DNA from: Candidatus Eiseniibacteriota bacterium | GTDB taxonomy: Bacteria; Eisenbacteria; RBG-16-71-46; JABDJR01 | DNA: 64,000 bases | Assembly (NCBI GenBank): GCA_963762255.1 | Contig: CAVXKA010000003.1 | Span: forward strand, 864,001 to 928,000 | Direction of reading: 5' to 3' | Shown: positions 51,501 to 61,661 of the stretch, piece after piece | Numbering within the stretch: position 1 is the stretch's first letter | Layout of the letters: every line of letters begins with the position of its first letter | Position numbers and translations under genes: made by a program | The notes under the pieces: generated by a model | What the model saw: only the letters and a program-made list of their open reading frames with translations | Databases searched by the model: none | What the model was told of the DNA's origin: nothing

Positions 51501-51615
51501 GCGCGACCTCGCGCCCCAGCCGGTTGTCGCGGGCGAGATAGACGTCGCCCATCCCGCCCGCGCCCAGCTTGTCGAGTACGGTATACGGACCGAGTTCGGT
51601 CCCCGCAGCGATCAT
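48556..51615 (-). CDS. Ser/Thr kinase - STAND ATPase - TPR protein
   Basis: LGAGGMG, HRDLKPGN, DFGLA, GTPGYMSPEQ; GVGGSGKTRL, LILLDNCEH, LDGIPLAIELAA; C-terminal TPR-like helices. Confidence 0.93.
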   Translation of the reverse strand: MIAAGTELGPYTVLDKLGAGGMGDVYLARDNRLGREVALKMLPGPFARDPQRLALFRREALTLAALNHPHIAIIHGFEEPAPGTLFLVLERVEGESLAERLARGPLAVEEALQVCAKVAEALEVAHERGVIHRDLKPGNVMLGPRGVVKVLDFGLARTAESSASGRSSPAPPPDTWDGEATLVGASVDEAADDEVVGTPGYMSPEQIRAEPQDARTDVFAFGCLLYECLSGRRAFSGRTLAEVFAATLEREIDGSALPALTPSRVRELLGRCLIKDVGGRLPEIRLARTEIEEALGIRRASALRTGEGVAATANNLPGSATSFVGRERETEECLRLLGDARILTLTGVGGSGKTRLALQVAARLLPEYPDGIWFVDLASVTEPDRVVVALALSLGLRDEPGKTTAQALVEHLGARRALILLDNCEHLVAASGDLAALLLKSCADVRLLATSREALGVAGEVAFAVPTLRLPSEAIATDPVAMRGYESVRLFLDRASQAQTGFDLTAENGPAVGEICRRLDGIPLAIELAAARVKVLSVEQIRAKLDDRFRLLTGGSRAALPRQQTLRATIQWSYDHLAELERQLSRCLAVFAGGWTLEAATAVWGKDADEFEVLDLITRLVDKSLIVVESLGETARYHYLETVRQYAVERLDEAGETAAVSDRHLDFFLALGEAAEKELVGPNQKEWFARLDVEHPNLLGAMAWCPSTSSGSEKGLRLACALARFWSGRGIYELGRATLGQSLRLDSAAAPTAARAGALVRLGGMALYQGDYAAARSPIEESLAIYRTLGDKKGIARSLSGLATVATYQCDYAAARGYGEEVLAGYEAAGDKRGAAVTLHNLGFLSLCEGDAASAAEFYRRSLGLLKDVGDLKHTALTLADLAVASARLGDLAAAAGGLAGSLSIVREIAAKREGAYALEGVAELAFRLDDPGQAIRFLGAARALREEIGSPLSPAEQQERASFLDRVRTNVGEIAFQQELNRALTLSFEEAVGQAVTWLERSSAGSPIGHPSPELDPQ

Positions 51616-51651
51616 GTCGGCTCGATGGCCACGGGCACGACCCGCGTCCGG

Positions 51652-52818
51652 CTAATTGCCGGCGCCGGCGGCCTCGCGAAGGATGCTGCGCGCGATCACG
51701 AGGCGCTGGACCTGGTTCGTCCCTTCATAGATCTGCGTGATCTTGGCGTCGCGCATATACTTCTCGATCGGGTAGTCCTTGCAGTAGCCGTAGCCGCCGA
51801 AGATCTGCACCGCGTCGGTGGTCACCTTCATCGCGGTATCGGTGGCCATGAGCTTGCACATCGCCGAGAGCTTGGAGATGTTGGGGTTCCCCGAGTCGAT
51901 GGCGCGTGCGGCGGTGTGCACCAGCGCGCGCGCGGCTTCAACCTGGGTGGCCATGTCCGCGAGCATCCACTGGATGCCCTGGAAAGAGCTGACCGACTGC
52001 CCGAACTGCTGGCGCTTGCCGGCGTACTCGACCGCGAGCTCCAACGCGCCCTGAGCCAAGCCGACGGCTTGCGCGGCCACACCGGGGCGGGCCCGATCGA
52101 GGGTCATCATCGCCTGCTTGAAGCCGTGCCCCTCCACACCGCCGAGGAGGTTCTCGGCGGGGACGCGGCACTTCTCCAGGTGGATCTCCACCACCGGCAC
52201 GCAGCGGATGCCCATCTTGTCTTCATGCTTGCCGACCCGATATCCGGGGGTATCGGCATCCACGATCAGCGCGGAGATGCCGCGCGCGCCGCGCTCGGGA
52301 TTGGTCACCGCGAAGATGGCGTTGTAGGAAGCGACCGCGCCGCCGGTGTTCCACTTCTTCTCGCCGTCGATCACGTAGGAGTCCCCCTCCTTGACCGCCC
52401 GGGTCTTCATGGAACCGGCGTCGGAGCCCGCCTCTTTCTCGGAGAGGCCGAACGCGATCAGCTTGTCGCCGGCCGCGATGCCGGGGAGCCAACGCTTCTT
52501 CTGTTCGGGGGTACCGGAAAGGATGATGGGGAACGAGCCGAGCGCGTTGACGGCGAAGCTCACACCCATGCCGCCGCAGGCGCGGGAGAACTCCTCGACC
52601 ACGAGGCACAGATCGAGAACGCCGCCTCCCAGGCCGCCGTATTCCTCGGGAACCCAGACGCCGGATAGCCCGGCCGCCTTGATCGCCTTCTGAACCTCCC
52701 AGGGATAGGTCTGCTCGACGTCGTACTTGGCCGCAACCGGCCGCATGACCTTCTCGGCGATCTCGCGCGCGCGATCCCGCAGATCCATCTGCTTCGTCGT
52801 GTACAGTTCCTTGATCAT
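51652..52818 (-). CDS. Acyl-CoA dehydrogenase
   Basis: LSEKEAGSDA, KMGIR, RQQFG, VQIFGGYGY, RDAKITQIYEGTNQVQR. Confidence 0.95.
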   Translation of the reverse strand: MIKELYTTKQMDLRDRAREIAEKVMRPVAAKYDVEQTYPWEVQKAIKAAGLSGVWVPEEYGGLGGGVLDLCLVVEEFSRACGGMGVSFAVNALGSFPIILSGTPEQKKRWLPGIAAGDKLIAFGLSEKEAGSDAGSMKTRAVKEGDSYVIDGEKKWNTGGAVASYNAIFAVTNPERGARGISALIVDADTPGYRVGKHEDKMGIRCVPVVEIHLEKCRVPAENLLGGVEGHGFKQAMMTLDRARPGVAAQAVGLAQGALELAVEYAGKRQQFGQSVSSFQGIQWMLADMATQVEAARALVHTAARAIDSGNPNISKLSAMCKLMATDTAMKVTTDAVQIFGGYGYCKDYPIEKYMRDAKITQIYEGTNQVQRLVIARSILREAAGAGN

Positions 52819-52890
52819 CTTCTTCTCTCCTCCGCCGACCGGGGGGTCGGGCTGCTCGTCACTTCATTCCACCGTACGCGCGGCTCCGAT

Positions 52891-54288
52891 CTACCGGAAG
52901 CCGGGATCGCTGTTTTCGCGCACGCGCAATTCGCCGTACCCTCCGAGGATCTCCGCCACCGTGTCTTTCACCCCGATGGTGGTGAAGACGAGATTGTCCC
53001 GGCGGAAGTAGCGCTCGATCACGCGATGGCAGTCGGCGAGGGTCACCGCGTCCACATCCCGGAACATGTTGTCCACTCTGGATCGATCGAGGCCGAAGAA
53101 GGCCAGCTCGCTGATGGTGCGGGCCATGTCCGCCGCCGTCTCGTACTCGTAGGGGGTCTGCCCCTTGAAATAGGCCTTGGCCGAGGCCAGTTCTGCCTCG
53201 CTCAAGCCATCCTTGTGCAGGCGGTCGAGCTGGGCGAGAGCGAGATCGATGGCCTGCTTCGTGTTCTCCGTGCCGGTGAAGCTGAACATGAACGCGGCCC
53301 CCGCCACCTTGGGCCGCTCCATGCTGTATCGGGCGCCGTAGGTGAGACCGCTCTTGATGCGCAGCTCCGTGTTGAGCCAGCTCGTGAAGCGCCCGCCGAA
53401 CACGGTGCGGACGAGTTCGGTCGCCGCGTAGTCGGGGTCCGTGAACGAGGGGCCCAGGCTGCCGATCATGAACCACGTCTGCGGCGTGTCGCTCTTGTTG
53501 ACGAGGAGCACGCGCGGCTTGTCGGCCGGGAGCGGCGCCGCAAGCGGGGCAAGGGGCTTGACCGCCCGCGGCATCTTTCCGAACACCTCGCGGATCCTCG
53601 CCGCCGCCTTCCCGGCGTCGATGTCTCCCGCCACGGTGAGGATGGCGCGATCCGCTCCGTAGGTGTCGTGATGGAACTCGACGACATCCGCGCGGGTCAG
53701 CGTGGGAAGGCTCGTCTCGGTCCCTCCCACCGGCCTGCCGTAGGGATGGTCGCCGTAGAGAAACGCGTGATGATAGTCGCCGAGCACGTTGCCGGGATTG
53801 TCCTTGGCTTCCACGACCCCCTCTGCGAGCTGCTGGGTCAGCTTGGCCACCTCGCCCTGATCGAAGCGCGGAGCGAGCACCGCGTCCGCGAGGAGGAGAA
53901 GCCCCGGCTCGAAGTCCTTGGCCAGGACGTTGAGCGTGATCCGCACGCGGTCATAGTTGACGGACGTGTTGAAGTCCGCGCCCAGGAAATCGACGGCCTG
54001 TGCGAAGGCCTGGGCATCGCGCGCGCCGGCTCCCTTGCGAAGCGATTCCGCGGTAAGGTTGGCGAGCCCCTCTTTCCCCGCGGGATCCGCCGAGGCGCCT
54101 GCGGGGAGCCACATCTCGAAGGTGACGGTGGGCACGGTGGCATGGCGCATGAGCTGCACGGTGAGGCCGTTGTCGAGGGTCACCGTCTCGTAGGCCGGCA
54201 TGCGCAGCGCGTTCTCGGCCTGGGCCGAGCGGATCGCCGTTCCCGTCGACAGGACCGCGAGGACGAGGGTCAAGATCTTGATTCTCAT
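52891..54288 (-). CDS. M16B peptidase, non-catalytic subunit
   Basis: LDNGL, HPYG, LRIKSGLTYGA; lacks HxxEH. Confidence 0.88.
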   Translation of the reverse strand: MRIKILTLVLAVLSTGTAIRSAQAENALRMPAYETVTLDNGLTVQLMRHATVPTVTFEMWLPAGASADPAGKEGLANLTAESLRKGAGARDAQAFAQAVDFLGADFNTSVNYDRVRITLNVLAKDFEPGLLLLADAVLAPRFDQGEVAKLTQQLAEGVVEAKDNPGNVLGDYHHAFLYGDHPYGRPVGGTETSLPTLTRADVVEFHHDTYGADRAILTVAGDIDAGKAAARIREVFGKMPRAVKPLAPLAAPLPADKPRVLLVNKSDTPQTWFMIGSLGPSFTDPDYAATELVRTVFGGRFTSWLNTELRIKSGLTYGARYSMERPKVAGAAFMFSFTGTENTKQAIDLALAQLDRLHKDGLSEAELASAKAYFKGQTPYEYETAADMARTISELAFFGLDRSRVDNMFRDVDAVTLADCHRVIERYFRRDNLVFTTIGVKDTVAEILGGYGELRVRENSDPGFR

Positions 54289-55655
54289 CGTCCCGCCTCC
54301 TCCCCTTCCTCCGCCGGTGTGGGGATCAGGGTCACGATCGTGCGGTTGTCCGCGGTGAAGTAGGTCCCCGCCACGCGCATCACGTCTTCGGGCGTGATGG
54401 CCTCGTACTCATGGACCACGTCGAACACGTTCTTCCACCCGCCGTGGAAGAGCTCGAAGGAACCGAGCGCCTGCGCGCGTCCGCTGATCGTGGCCATGTC
54501 GTTGTAGAACCCGGCGATCAGCATGTTCTTCGCCTTGGTGAGATCGTCCGCGGCGAGCGGCTCGGTCTTGAGCCGGTCGATCTCGTCGAAGAGGGCGGCC
54601 TCGACCTTCGGCCCTTCGACCCCCTCCCGACTCTGCACCAGGATCTGATAGAGACCGGGGTCGAAGTTGCTGTCGGTGAAGCCCTCCGCCCAGAGCGCGA
54701 GCTGATCCCGATCGACGAGCCGCCGGTAGAGGCGGCTGCTCTCTCCGCGGGTCAGCACGAGGTTGGCGAGTTCGATCACTCGCAGGTCCGCGTGCGCGGT
54801 CTCGGGGACGTGCCATCCAATGAAGAGACTTCCCATCCCCGCTTCCTTGCGAAGCTCGGCGCGGCGCTCCCCTCGCTGCGGCGGCTCCTGCGTGACCACA
54901 CCGCGCGGAATCTCCCGCGCGGGGAGACTTCCCACCGTCGAGGTAAGCTTGGCAAGGATCTCGGCCCGATCGAAGGCGCCGCACACCACCATCACCGCGT
55001 TGTTGGGCGTGTACCAACTGCGGAAGAAGTTCTCCACGTCCTCCTGTCGCCAGTTCTCGATGTCGCTCCGCCAGCCGATGACGGGCCACGAGTAGGGGTG
55101 GGCCATGTAGGCGGAGGAATAGAGAATCTCGTTCATCAGGTTCTGGTTGCTGTCCTCTCCGCGCTGCCGCTCACTGATGACCACACCGCGTTCGCTCTGA
55201 ACCACCTCGGGGGCGACGGCGAGATAGCCGATGCGGTCCTGTTCCAGGTCGAGGGTGAGATCGAGCGCCGCGACCGGCACCCAGTCCTGGTACACGGTCA
55301 CATCGTTGCTGGTATAGGCGTTGTTGGAGCCCCCCGCCGCTTCCATGGTGCGGTCGAATTCGCCGGGGGGGTATTTCTTCGAGCCGTTGAACATCATGTG
55401 CTCGAAGAAGTGCGCGAGCCCGGTGATCCCGGGGGCCTCGTTACGGCTCCCCACTTTCCAGAAGGTATAGATGGCCAGGTTGGGGATCGTCGGATCCTCC
55501 CAGAGGAGAACTTTCATCCCGTTGGGGAGCATGTGCTCCTCGATTCCCGCCGGGTCCATGGCGCGGGCCGGCGCGACGAGGGTCGTCAGCGCAAGGACGA
55601 GGAAGAGAGCGATCAGGGGCCTTTGAAGCGGCGGTCGGCCGTCCCGTGTGTTCAC
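54285..55655 (-). CDS. M16B zinc peptidase, catalytic subunit
   Basis: GLAHFFEHMMFNGS (HxxEH), NAYT, ERGVVISE, HPYSWPVIG. Confidence 0.92.
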   Translation of the reverse strand: MNTRDGRPPLQRPLIALFLVLALTTLVAPARAMDPAGIEEHMLPNGMKVLLWEDPTIPNLAIYTFWKVGSRNEAPGITGLAHFFEHMMFNGSKKYPPGEFDRTMEAAGGSNNAYTSNDVTVYQDWVPVAALDLTLDLEQDRIGYLAVAPEVVQSERGVVISERQRGEDSNQNLMNEILYSSAYMAHPYSWPVIGWRSDIENWRQEDVENFFRSWYTPNNAVMVVCGAFDRAEILAKLTSTVGSLPAREIPRGVVTQEPPQRGERRAELRKEAGMGSLFIGWHVPETAHADLRVIELANLVLTRGESSRLYRRLVDRDQLALWAEGFTDSNFDPGLYQILVQSREGVEGPKVEAALFDEIDRLKTEPLAADDLTKAKNMLIAGFYNDMATISGRAQALGSFELFHGGWKNVFDVVHEYEAITPEDVMRVAGTYFTADNRTIVTLIPTPAEEGEEAGR

Positions 55656-55741
55656 GCTGGTGTCCTCATTGCGTTAAGGCGGAGGAAGATGCCGCACCCC
55701 GGCGGATCGGGGCGCGGGGGCGCAAAGGGGCTTGAAAACTA

Positions 55742-57028
55742 TCACGTGACGCGCGGGGATGGCAATTGCCCGGGGGACGCCTCCCCCCGCGAAATCACCG
55801 TGGCCGCGGCGAGATCGCCGGTCACGTTGAGCGTGGTCCGGCACATATCGAGGAACCGATCCACTCCCAGGATGAGCCCGATTCCCTCGCGGGGGACGCC
55901 CACCATGCCGAGGATCATCGCCACCACCGGGATCGACCCGGCGGGTACGCCGGCCGTTCCGATGCCGCCGAGGATGCACACCAGAACCACCAGAACTTGC
56001 TGCCCGATCGAGAGCGGCACCCCGTAGAACTGCGCGAGAAAGAGAACGGTGACTCCCTCGAAAAGCGCGGTGCCGTTCTGATTCGCGGTGGAGCCGATGG
56101 TGAGCACGAAGCGGCTGACGTGCGGAGGGAGCTTCAGCTCCTCCTGCGCCACCTTGAGCGCGGTGGGAAGCGTCGCATTGCTCGATGCGGTCGAGAACGC
56201 GGTGATCATAGCTTCCTGGATGTCCCGGAAGAAGGCGATCGGGTTGCGCCCGCCGAGAAACCGCACCGCGGCCGAGTAGACTACGAACTGCTGGATGGCC
56301 AGCGCCAGCAACACCACCCCCACGTAGCGCGCGAGCTGCACGAGGATGCCGTAGCCGAGCTGCGCGGTGAGGGTGAAGAGGAGTGCGGCCACTCCGAACG
56401 GCGCCCACGAGATCAAGAGATCGATGAGGCGCATCGTGACGTCGTAGAGGCCTTCGAGCATCCCCTGGAAGCGGCGCGCGGCCTCGGTGGGTGTCAGCGC
56501 AAGCCCGATCCCCACCATGAGCGAGAAGAACATCACCGCCAGCATGTCCCCGTTGGCCGCCGCACGGATGGGATTGTCGGGCACGATCTGCACGAGAAGA
56601 TCGAGACCGGTCTTGGGGGCCTGCGCGCTCCCCAGCGCCGCGGCACGCTCCGCGGCGCCCTGCGTGATGATCGCGCGGGTGGCCTCGGAGATGCCCTCGC
56701 CGGGCTTGAGGACATTGACAAGGACGATTCCCAGCACCACGGCGATCGAGGAGAGGAGCACCGTATAGGCGAGCGTCTTGAGGCCGATGCGGCCAAGACT
56801 CTTCAGGTCGCCGAGTCCCGTCACCCCGAGCGCGAGCGCGGAGAAGATGAGCGGGATGACGAGCATGAACAGGAGACGGAGAAAGATCTGCCCGGCGGGT
56901 TGCGTGCCATAGCGGATGACGGCATCGAGCCACGGTTCACCCGCGGCAAGCACGTGACAGAGGACGCCGAGCGCGACGCCCAGGCCACCTCCGATCAGCA
57001 TGCGGGTGTGAAGGGGGAGCTTGCGCAC
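55742..57028 (-). CDS. Dicarboxylate/amino acid:cation symporter (GltP/DctA family)
   Basis: FSTASSNATLP, NQNGTA, GTAGVPAG, DRFLDMCRTTLNVTGD; start uncertain. Confidence 0.92.
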   Translation of the reverse strand: MRKLPLHTRMLIGGGLGVALGVLCHVLAAGEPWLDAVIRYGTQPAGQIFLRLLFMLVIPLIFSALALGVTGLGDLKSLGRIGLKTLAYTVLLSSIAVVLGIVLVNVLKPGEGISEATRAIITQGAAERAAALGSAQAPKTGLDLLVQIVPDNPIRAAANGDMLAVMFFSLMVGIGLALTPTEAARRFQGMLEGLYDVTMRLIDLLISWAPFGVAALLFTLTAQLGYGILVQLARYVGVVLLALAIQQFVVYSAAVRFLGGRNPIAFFRDIQEAMITAFSTASSNATLPTALKVAQEELKLPPHVSRFVLTIGSTANQNGTALFEGVTVLFLAQFYGVPLSIGQQVLVVLVCILGGIGTAGVPAGSIPVVAMILGMVGVPREGIGLILGVDRFLDMCRTTLNVTGDLAAATVISRGEASPGQLPSPRVT

Positions 57029-57128
57029 GCGCGGAGTATCGGGGGTCGGACCCGGGGTTTCAAGTGCGACCAAGCAGCCGGTGGGACGCGTTGAGCCGGT
57101 CACCGCCCCTTGCTAGACTCCCCCGGCC

Positions 57129-58025
57129 ATGGTCGCCCCTATCGCCTCCGCATCCGCTCTGCCGCGGTTCGTCGTCATCAGCGCGGTCCGCGACGAGGAA
57201 CGCGCTCTTCCCCGCACCATCGCCTCGATGCTCGCGCAGACCGCGCGCCCGGCGGCGTGGATCGTGGTGGACGACGGGTCCACCGACGCCACGCCACGCA
57301 TCCTCGCGGAGGCGGCCGCCGGCGCCCCCTGGATCCGCGTGGTGACGCTCCCCCGCGAGCCGCACGACAGCTCCGGAGAGGCCGCGTCGCTGGCATTCAA
57401 CCGCGTGCTCCCTCTGGCGCGCGAGCACGACCCCGACGCGGTGGCCATGCTGGACGGCGACACCGAGTTCGAACCCGACTTCTACGAGCGGTTGCTTGGC
57501 GCGCTCGCTGCGGACCCGCGGCTCGGCATCGTCGGCGCCGACGCGCTCGAGCCGCATGCGAACGGCACCTGGGGGCGCGTGCGCATCCCGCACTACCACG
57601 TGCACGGCGCGGTCAAGGTGTACCGACGTGCCTGCCTCGAGCTGATCGGCGGGCTCGAGCCGGGGATCGCCTGGGACACGGTCGACATCGTGCGCGCGCG
57701 TTTGCGCGGCTGGGATACGCGCACGCTCTCCGAAGTGACCTTCCGCCATCTACGGGTGACGGGAAGCGCGGGGGGGCTCGCCAGGGCGCCATGGATCCGC
57801 GGCCGCGCCGCGTATCTCGCCGGCTACCATCCGCTCTTCGCGCTTGCACGCGCCGTGCGCAACATGTTCCGGCCGCCTCTGGTGACCGGCGGGCTCCACT
57901 TCCTGCGGGGATTTCTCTCCGGCTATCGCGAGCACGCGCGGCGCATGCTCCTTCCGGACGAGATCCGCGCGTTCCGGCACGAGCAGATGCGAGCCCTGAC
58001 CGGCCGCAAGTCGTGGTGGCGATGA
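57129..58025 (+). CDS. Glycosyltransferase family 2
   Basis: VRDEE, WIVVDDGSTDAT, LDGD, WDTVD. Confidence 0.9.
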   Translation: MVAPIASASALPRFVVISAVRDEERALPRTIASMLAQTARPAAWIVVDDGSTDATPRILAEAAAGAPWIRVVTLPREPHDSSGEAASLAFNRVLPLAREHDPDAVAMLDGDTEFEPDFYERLLGALAADPRLGIVGADALEPHANGTWGRVRIPHYHVHGAVKVYRRACLELIGGLEPGIAWDTVDIVRARLRGWDTRTLSEVTFRHLRVTGSAGGLARAPWIRGRAAYLAGYHPLFALARAVRNMFRPPLVTGGLHFLRGFLSGYREHARRMLLPDEIRAFRHEQMRALTGRKSWWR

Positions 58026-59281
58026 GCGCGAATCGGCCCGACCCCGTCGCGACGAGCACGAACCCGCCCGGTCCCGGGGCGGGGCCGCGCCGACCGCGGC
58101 GCGCGCTGCACCTGGTCTACAGCCACTACGCGAGCGATCCCCGCACGCGCCGCCAGGCCGAAGCGCTGCGCGACGCGGGGTGGGAAGTGACCGTGCGCTG
58201 TCTCGCGCGCGAAGGCGAACCGACGCGGACCGCGCTCGACGGAGTGCGGGTACACGCGACGTACGTCCCGCGCTACCGGGGGCGATCGCTCCTCAGATAC
58301 CTGCGCTCCTACGGACGGTTCCTGGCCGGCGCCGCCGCCGAGCTGGCCGCCCATCCGCGTCGCTACGACTTCGTGCACGTGCACAGCCTCCCCGACTTCG
58401 CCGTGCACGCCGCGCACCCCGCGCGATGGAGCGGCGTTGGCGTCGTGCTCGACATCCACGATCTCGTGCCGGAACTCTTCATCGAGCGCTTCGGGACCGA
58501 GCGCGCGTGGGCACTACGGTTGGCGAAACTCTCAGAGCGACTGAGCTGCGCCTCGGCGACGCATGTGTTGACCGCCAACGAACAGTTCCGGGAGCGGCTG
58601 ATTGCGCGAGGTATCTCCGCGGAGAAGATCTCGCTCAACCTGAACCTGCCCGACGAGAAGGTGTTCTGGCGCGACGATCCGCCCGCGCCGCCGCAGACGC
58701 CGGTGCTGGCTTATCACGGCACGCTGGTGCCTCGGTATGGACCCGACCTGCTGCTGGAAGCGGCGGCCCGGCTCGTGCCGCGGTTTCCAGATCTCACCGT
58801 GCGGATCGTGGGTGACGGGGATCAGCGCGAGGAGTTGGTGCGCCGCGCGGGGCAGCTCGATCTCGCCGGCCGCGTGTGGATGAGCCCCGATCGCGTGCCG
58901 ATCCACGGCATCCCCGACGCGCTCGGGCAGGTCAGCGTGGGCGTGGTGGCCAACCGCCCCGACAGCTTCTCGCGGCTCGTGCTGCCGACCAAACTCCTCG
59001 AGTACCTCGCGCTCGGGATTCCTGCGGTGGTGACGCGCACCGAGACCACCGACTACTACTTCGAGCCCGGCGAGCTGACCACGGTGGAGCGCCCGGACGC
59101 GGATTCCCTGGCGCAAGCGATCGCGCCGCTTCTGGCGGATCCCGCCGAGGCCCGCCGTTCTCTCGACCGCGCCCGCCGATTCTTCACCCGCCACGCCTGG
59201 GAGCGGGAGCGCGCGGAGTACGTGGCGCTGGCCGAGCGCCTGGCGCGGCGGACTACTCCTTCTTCGGCGGTCCCGGAATAA
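58022..59281 (+). CDS. Glycosyltransferase family 4
   Basis: DPRTRRQAEAL, VHVHSLPD, LDIHDLVPE, PTKLLEYLALGIP; ATGA overlap with the GT2 gene. Confidence 0.9.
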   Translation: MSANRPDPVATSTNPPGPGAGPRRPRRALHLVYSHYASDPRTRRQAEALRDAGWEVTVRCLAREGEPTRTALDGVRVHATYVPRYRGRSLLRYLRSYGRFLAGAAAELAAHPRRYDFVHVHSLPDFAVHAAHPARWSGVGVVLDIHDLVPELFIERFGTERAWALRLAKLSERLSCASATHVLTANEQFRERLIARGISAEKISLNLNLPDEKVFWRDDPPAPPQTPVLAYHGTLVPRYGPDLLLEAAARLVPRFPDLTVRIVGDGDQREELVRRAGQLDLAGRVWMSPDRVPIHGIPDALGQVSVGVVANRPDSFSRLVLPTKLLEYLALGIPAVVTRTETTDYYFEPGELTTVERPDADSLAQAIAPLLADPAEARRSLDRARRFFTRHAWERERAEYVALAERLARRTTPSSAVPE

Positions 59282-60139
59282 TCACTTCGAGCGCCAGACT
59301 CCAGCCCCGCTCACCGTCCAACCGCCAGATGTGTAGGTAGGAACCTGGGCCGTCGGCGTTCGGGTCCGCTGGGACGGGCGCTGCGGTACCGTAGCTGTAG
59401 CCGAAATCTCCGGAGGAGGATCCGCCTGCGCCGATCGGCGTGCAGCTCCAGGAGCCCCCGCGCGCGGCCAGCTCGCGAGCCGCGGTGTCCCGACCCACCC
59501 ACGGCGGGGCGCCGTCCCGATACACGCGCACATCGTCGGTCGCGGCGTCGGCGAGCACCGTCGAGAAACTATCCTCGGTGGCGGCATCAGCGAGCATCTG
59601 GTCTCCTCATCGAGGACCGCGGTCGCGGGATCGGCGCAGCGGAGAACGCCCGCCGAGGCACGAAGGATGGGGACCTCTCGCACGACCACGCTGTCGAGCG
59701 GCGCCGGGAGCCCGATGCCGATGTCGGCCAGCACCTTCCACCCCGAGTCGGGCGTCGCATGCCAGACCGAGATGTAGTAGCCCCACGCGATCGCTTTCCC
59801 CTCGGGGCCGCCCTCGCGATACTCCCAGGGGCCGGTCGTGTACCCCAAGTCCCCCGCCTCTGCGATCTCCGCGTGGACCGGTTGCCAGATCAACGCCCCC
59901 GGGCGGGACGGGCGCTCGCGATAGAACGCCTTCCCGTTGACCGGCTGCGGACGGAACACGACGCCGTCGTCGTCGAGAAACTCCAGGAACGCCTCCCGCA
60001 TTCCCTTCTCCACGGAAGCCCGCGCGAAGGCGCGCTCGGCGTCAACGATGGACTGCGCTTCAGCAGGAGCGCCCTCGACTCGGTTCGCGGCAAAGCCTCC
60101 GACCAGGAGCACGACGGCAACGCACGGCTTCAGGATCAT
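59253..60139 (-). CDS. Secreted tandem NTF2-like (DUF4440) protein (frameshift near 59600)
   Basis: Two halves, AERAFA...GDLGYTTGPW...YISVW and GDFGYSYG...YLHIWR, in adjacent frames. Confidence 0.75.
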
Positions 60140-60144
60140 TCGTC

Positions 60145-60948
60145 CTACCCCCTGATGAAGATCATTTGATACAGCGTGAGCAGTATCTCGAACACGATGA
60201 GGATGACGATGTACCACTCCACGCGAAGCATGCGCGAGTCCTGCATCAGCTCGAGGACCGTGTTCGCCGTGCGCGAGACGAGCTCGAGCTTGCGCTCCAG
60301 GATCTCATGGCGTTCGCGGATCTCGAACTCGTCCTCCAGCCGCTGGTAGAGACGCTCGAGATCGGGGCGCTCCCAGAGCACGTCGGGCTTGTCCCCCACC
60401 GCCACCCGCCCGATCATCTTTTGTTCGCTGGAGAGGGTCCCGCCGATGAGCTTGAGCAGTTCGCGCCCGTGGTGGCGTCCGCGCTTGCGGCGCTCGAGCC
60501 CGGTGGCGAAGGGCTCGATGAGGTCGAAGGCCTGGGCGATCGTGGCCTCGTTGCGGGCCAGCGCCACGCTCTTCCCGAGGATGTCGGCAAGCAACTGGAG
60601 GCGCTCGACGGTGCCGTCGATGAAGTAGATCGCGCCCCCCTCCATGCGCTCCTGCGCGGCGGGATCGACCCGGATCTCCACCGATTCGGTCTCGGGCTGG
60701 GGATACGGCTGCCCGACGAGCGGCTTCAAGGCCGCGAGGAAGGAGGCTTCCTCCATGGGGGCGACGTCGAAGAGCACGACAGCCCCGTACCGGAAGAGCA
60801 CGGCCACCCCACCCCCCTGAACGCTGACGGTGAGCGGGGCGGGAGCGATGCGGTCGGTGGCCTCCAGGGCACGCAGGTCGATGCGTTCTCCGAGAAGCAG
60901 CGCCCGACCGGTAACGGTAGATTTCGCGATCGACAGGCCCTTGTCCAT
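60145..60948 (-). CDS. RMD1/DUF155 family protein
   Basis: LFRYGAVVLF, DKPDVLWERPDLERLY, RVEWYIVILIVFEI. Confidence 0.88.
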   Translation of the reverse strand: MDKGLSIAKSTVTGRALLLGERIDLRALEATDRIAPAPLTVSVQGGGVAVLFRYGAVVLFDVAPMEEASFLAALKPLVGQPYPQPETESVEIRVDPAAQERMEGGAIYFIDGTVERLQLLADILGKSVALARNEATIAQAFDLIEPFATGLERRKRGRHHGRELLKLIGGTLSSEQKMIGRVAVGDKPDVLWERPDLERLYQRLEDEFEIRERHEILERKLELVSRTANTVLELMQDSRMLRVEWYIVILIVFEILLTLYQMIFIRG

Positions 60949-61010
60949 GGGATACCCCCCCCTCTCTCGGATTCTCACCCCAGGGTAGCGCTTCCGATTG
61001 ACCGTGTCGC

Positions 61011-61661
61011 GTGCGCGGGATGAGAATGGCGCGCATGATTGCGCCCAAGTTCCCCCTCGAGGACCGTGCGGTTCTCGGCTGGTACCCCGCCGAGAACGTG
61101 CTCCTGAACCTGCACGGGGACTACGACTACCTGACCGCCGGCTACTACATCTCCCAGGACCTGGAATCGCAGGGATACCCGGTCGCTCCCACCTGTCTCG
61201 AGATCCTCGACGGGTATGTCACCCCGCTCATGCTGGAGAAGGCGCGCCTCGCCGGGATCCCGGTGCCCAACTACTACCTCACCAACGGCTACTTCGAACC
61301 CCCGGTGATCGTGGACCCCGTCAACCCCTTCATGTCGGGGCACAGCATCGTCCTCAAGCGGGGGCACCAGGAGCGAGTGGCCAAGTCCATGTCCCGCAAC
61401 TCCACCTACGCCATCTGTTGTCAGGAACTCCCCGCCGGCGCGCAGGTCCGCGCGTTCCGCGCGGTGCTCGGATGGTCGGGCGACAAGCGATACCGAGAGC
61501 TCGCCGCGGCGATTTGGCGGGTCTTCCGCATCCCGGTCGCGGTCGTGCGCGTGGTGATCGGCGACGACGGCCGCCCGCTGTTGAGCGCCATGCAGCCGCT
61601 CACCAAGCTCAAGGCGAAGGAGCGCGCCTACCTCAACCGGGTGGTGACATGGCCCGCATAG
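61011..61661 (+). CDS. Stand-alone RimK-like ATP-grasp N-terminal (RLAN) domain protein
   Basis: NLHGDYDYLTAGYYISQDLE...PT; start uncertain (61011-61036). Confidence 0.75.
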   Translation: MRGMRMARMIAPKFPLEDRAVLGWYPAENVLLNLHGDYDYLTAGYYISQDLESQGYPVAPTCLEILDGYVTPLMLEKARLAGIPVPNYYLTNGYFEPPVIVDPVNPFMSGHSIVLKRGHQERVAKSMSRNSTYAICCQELPAGAQVRAFRAVLGWSGDKRYRELAAAIWRVFRIPVAVVRVVIGDDGRPLLSAMQPLTKLKAKERAYLNRVVTWPA

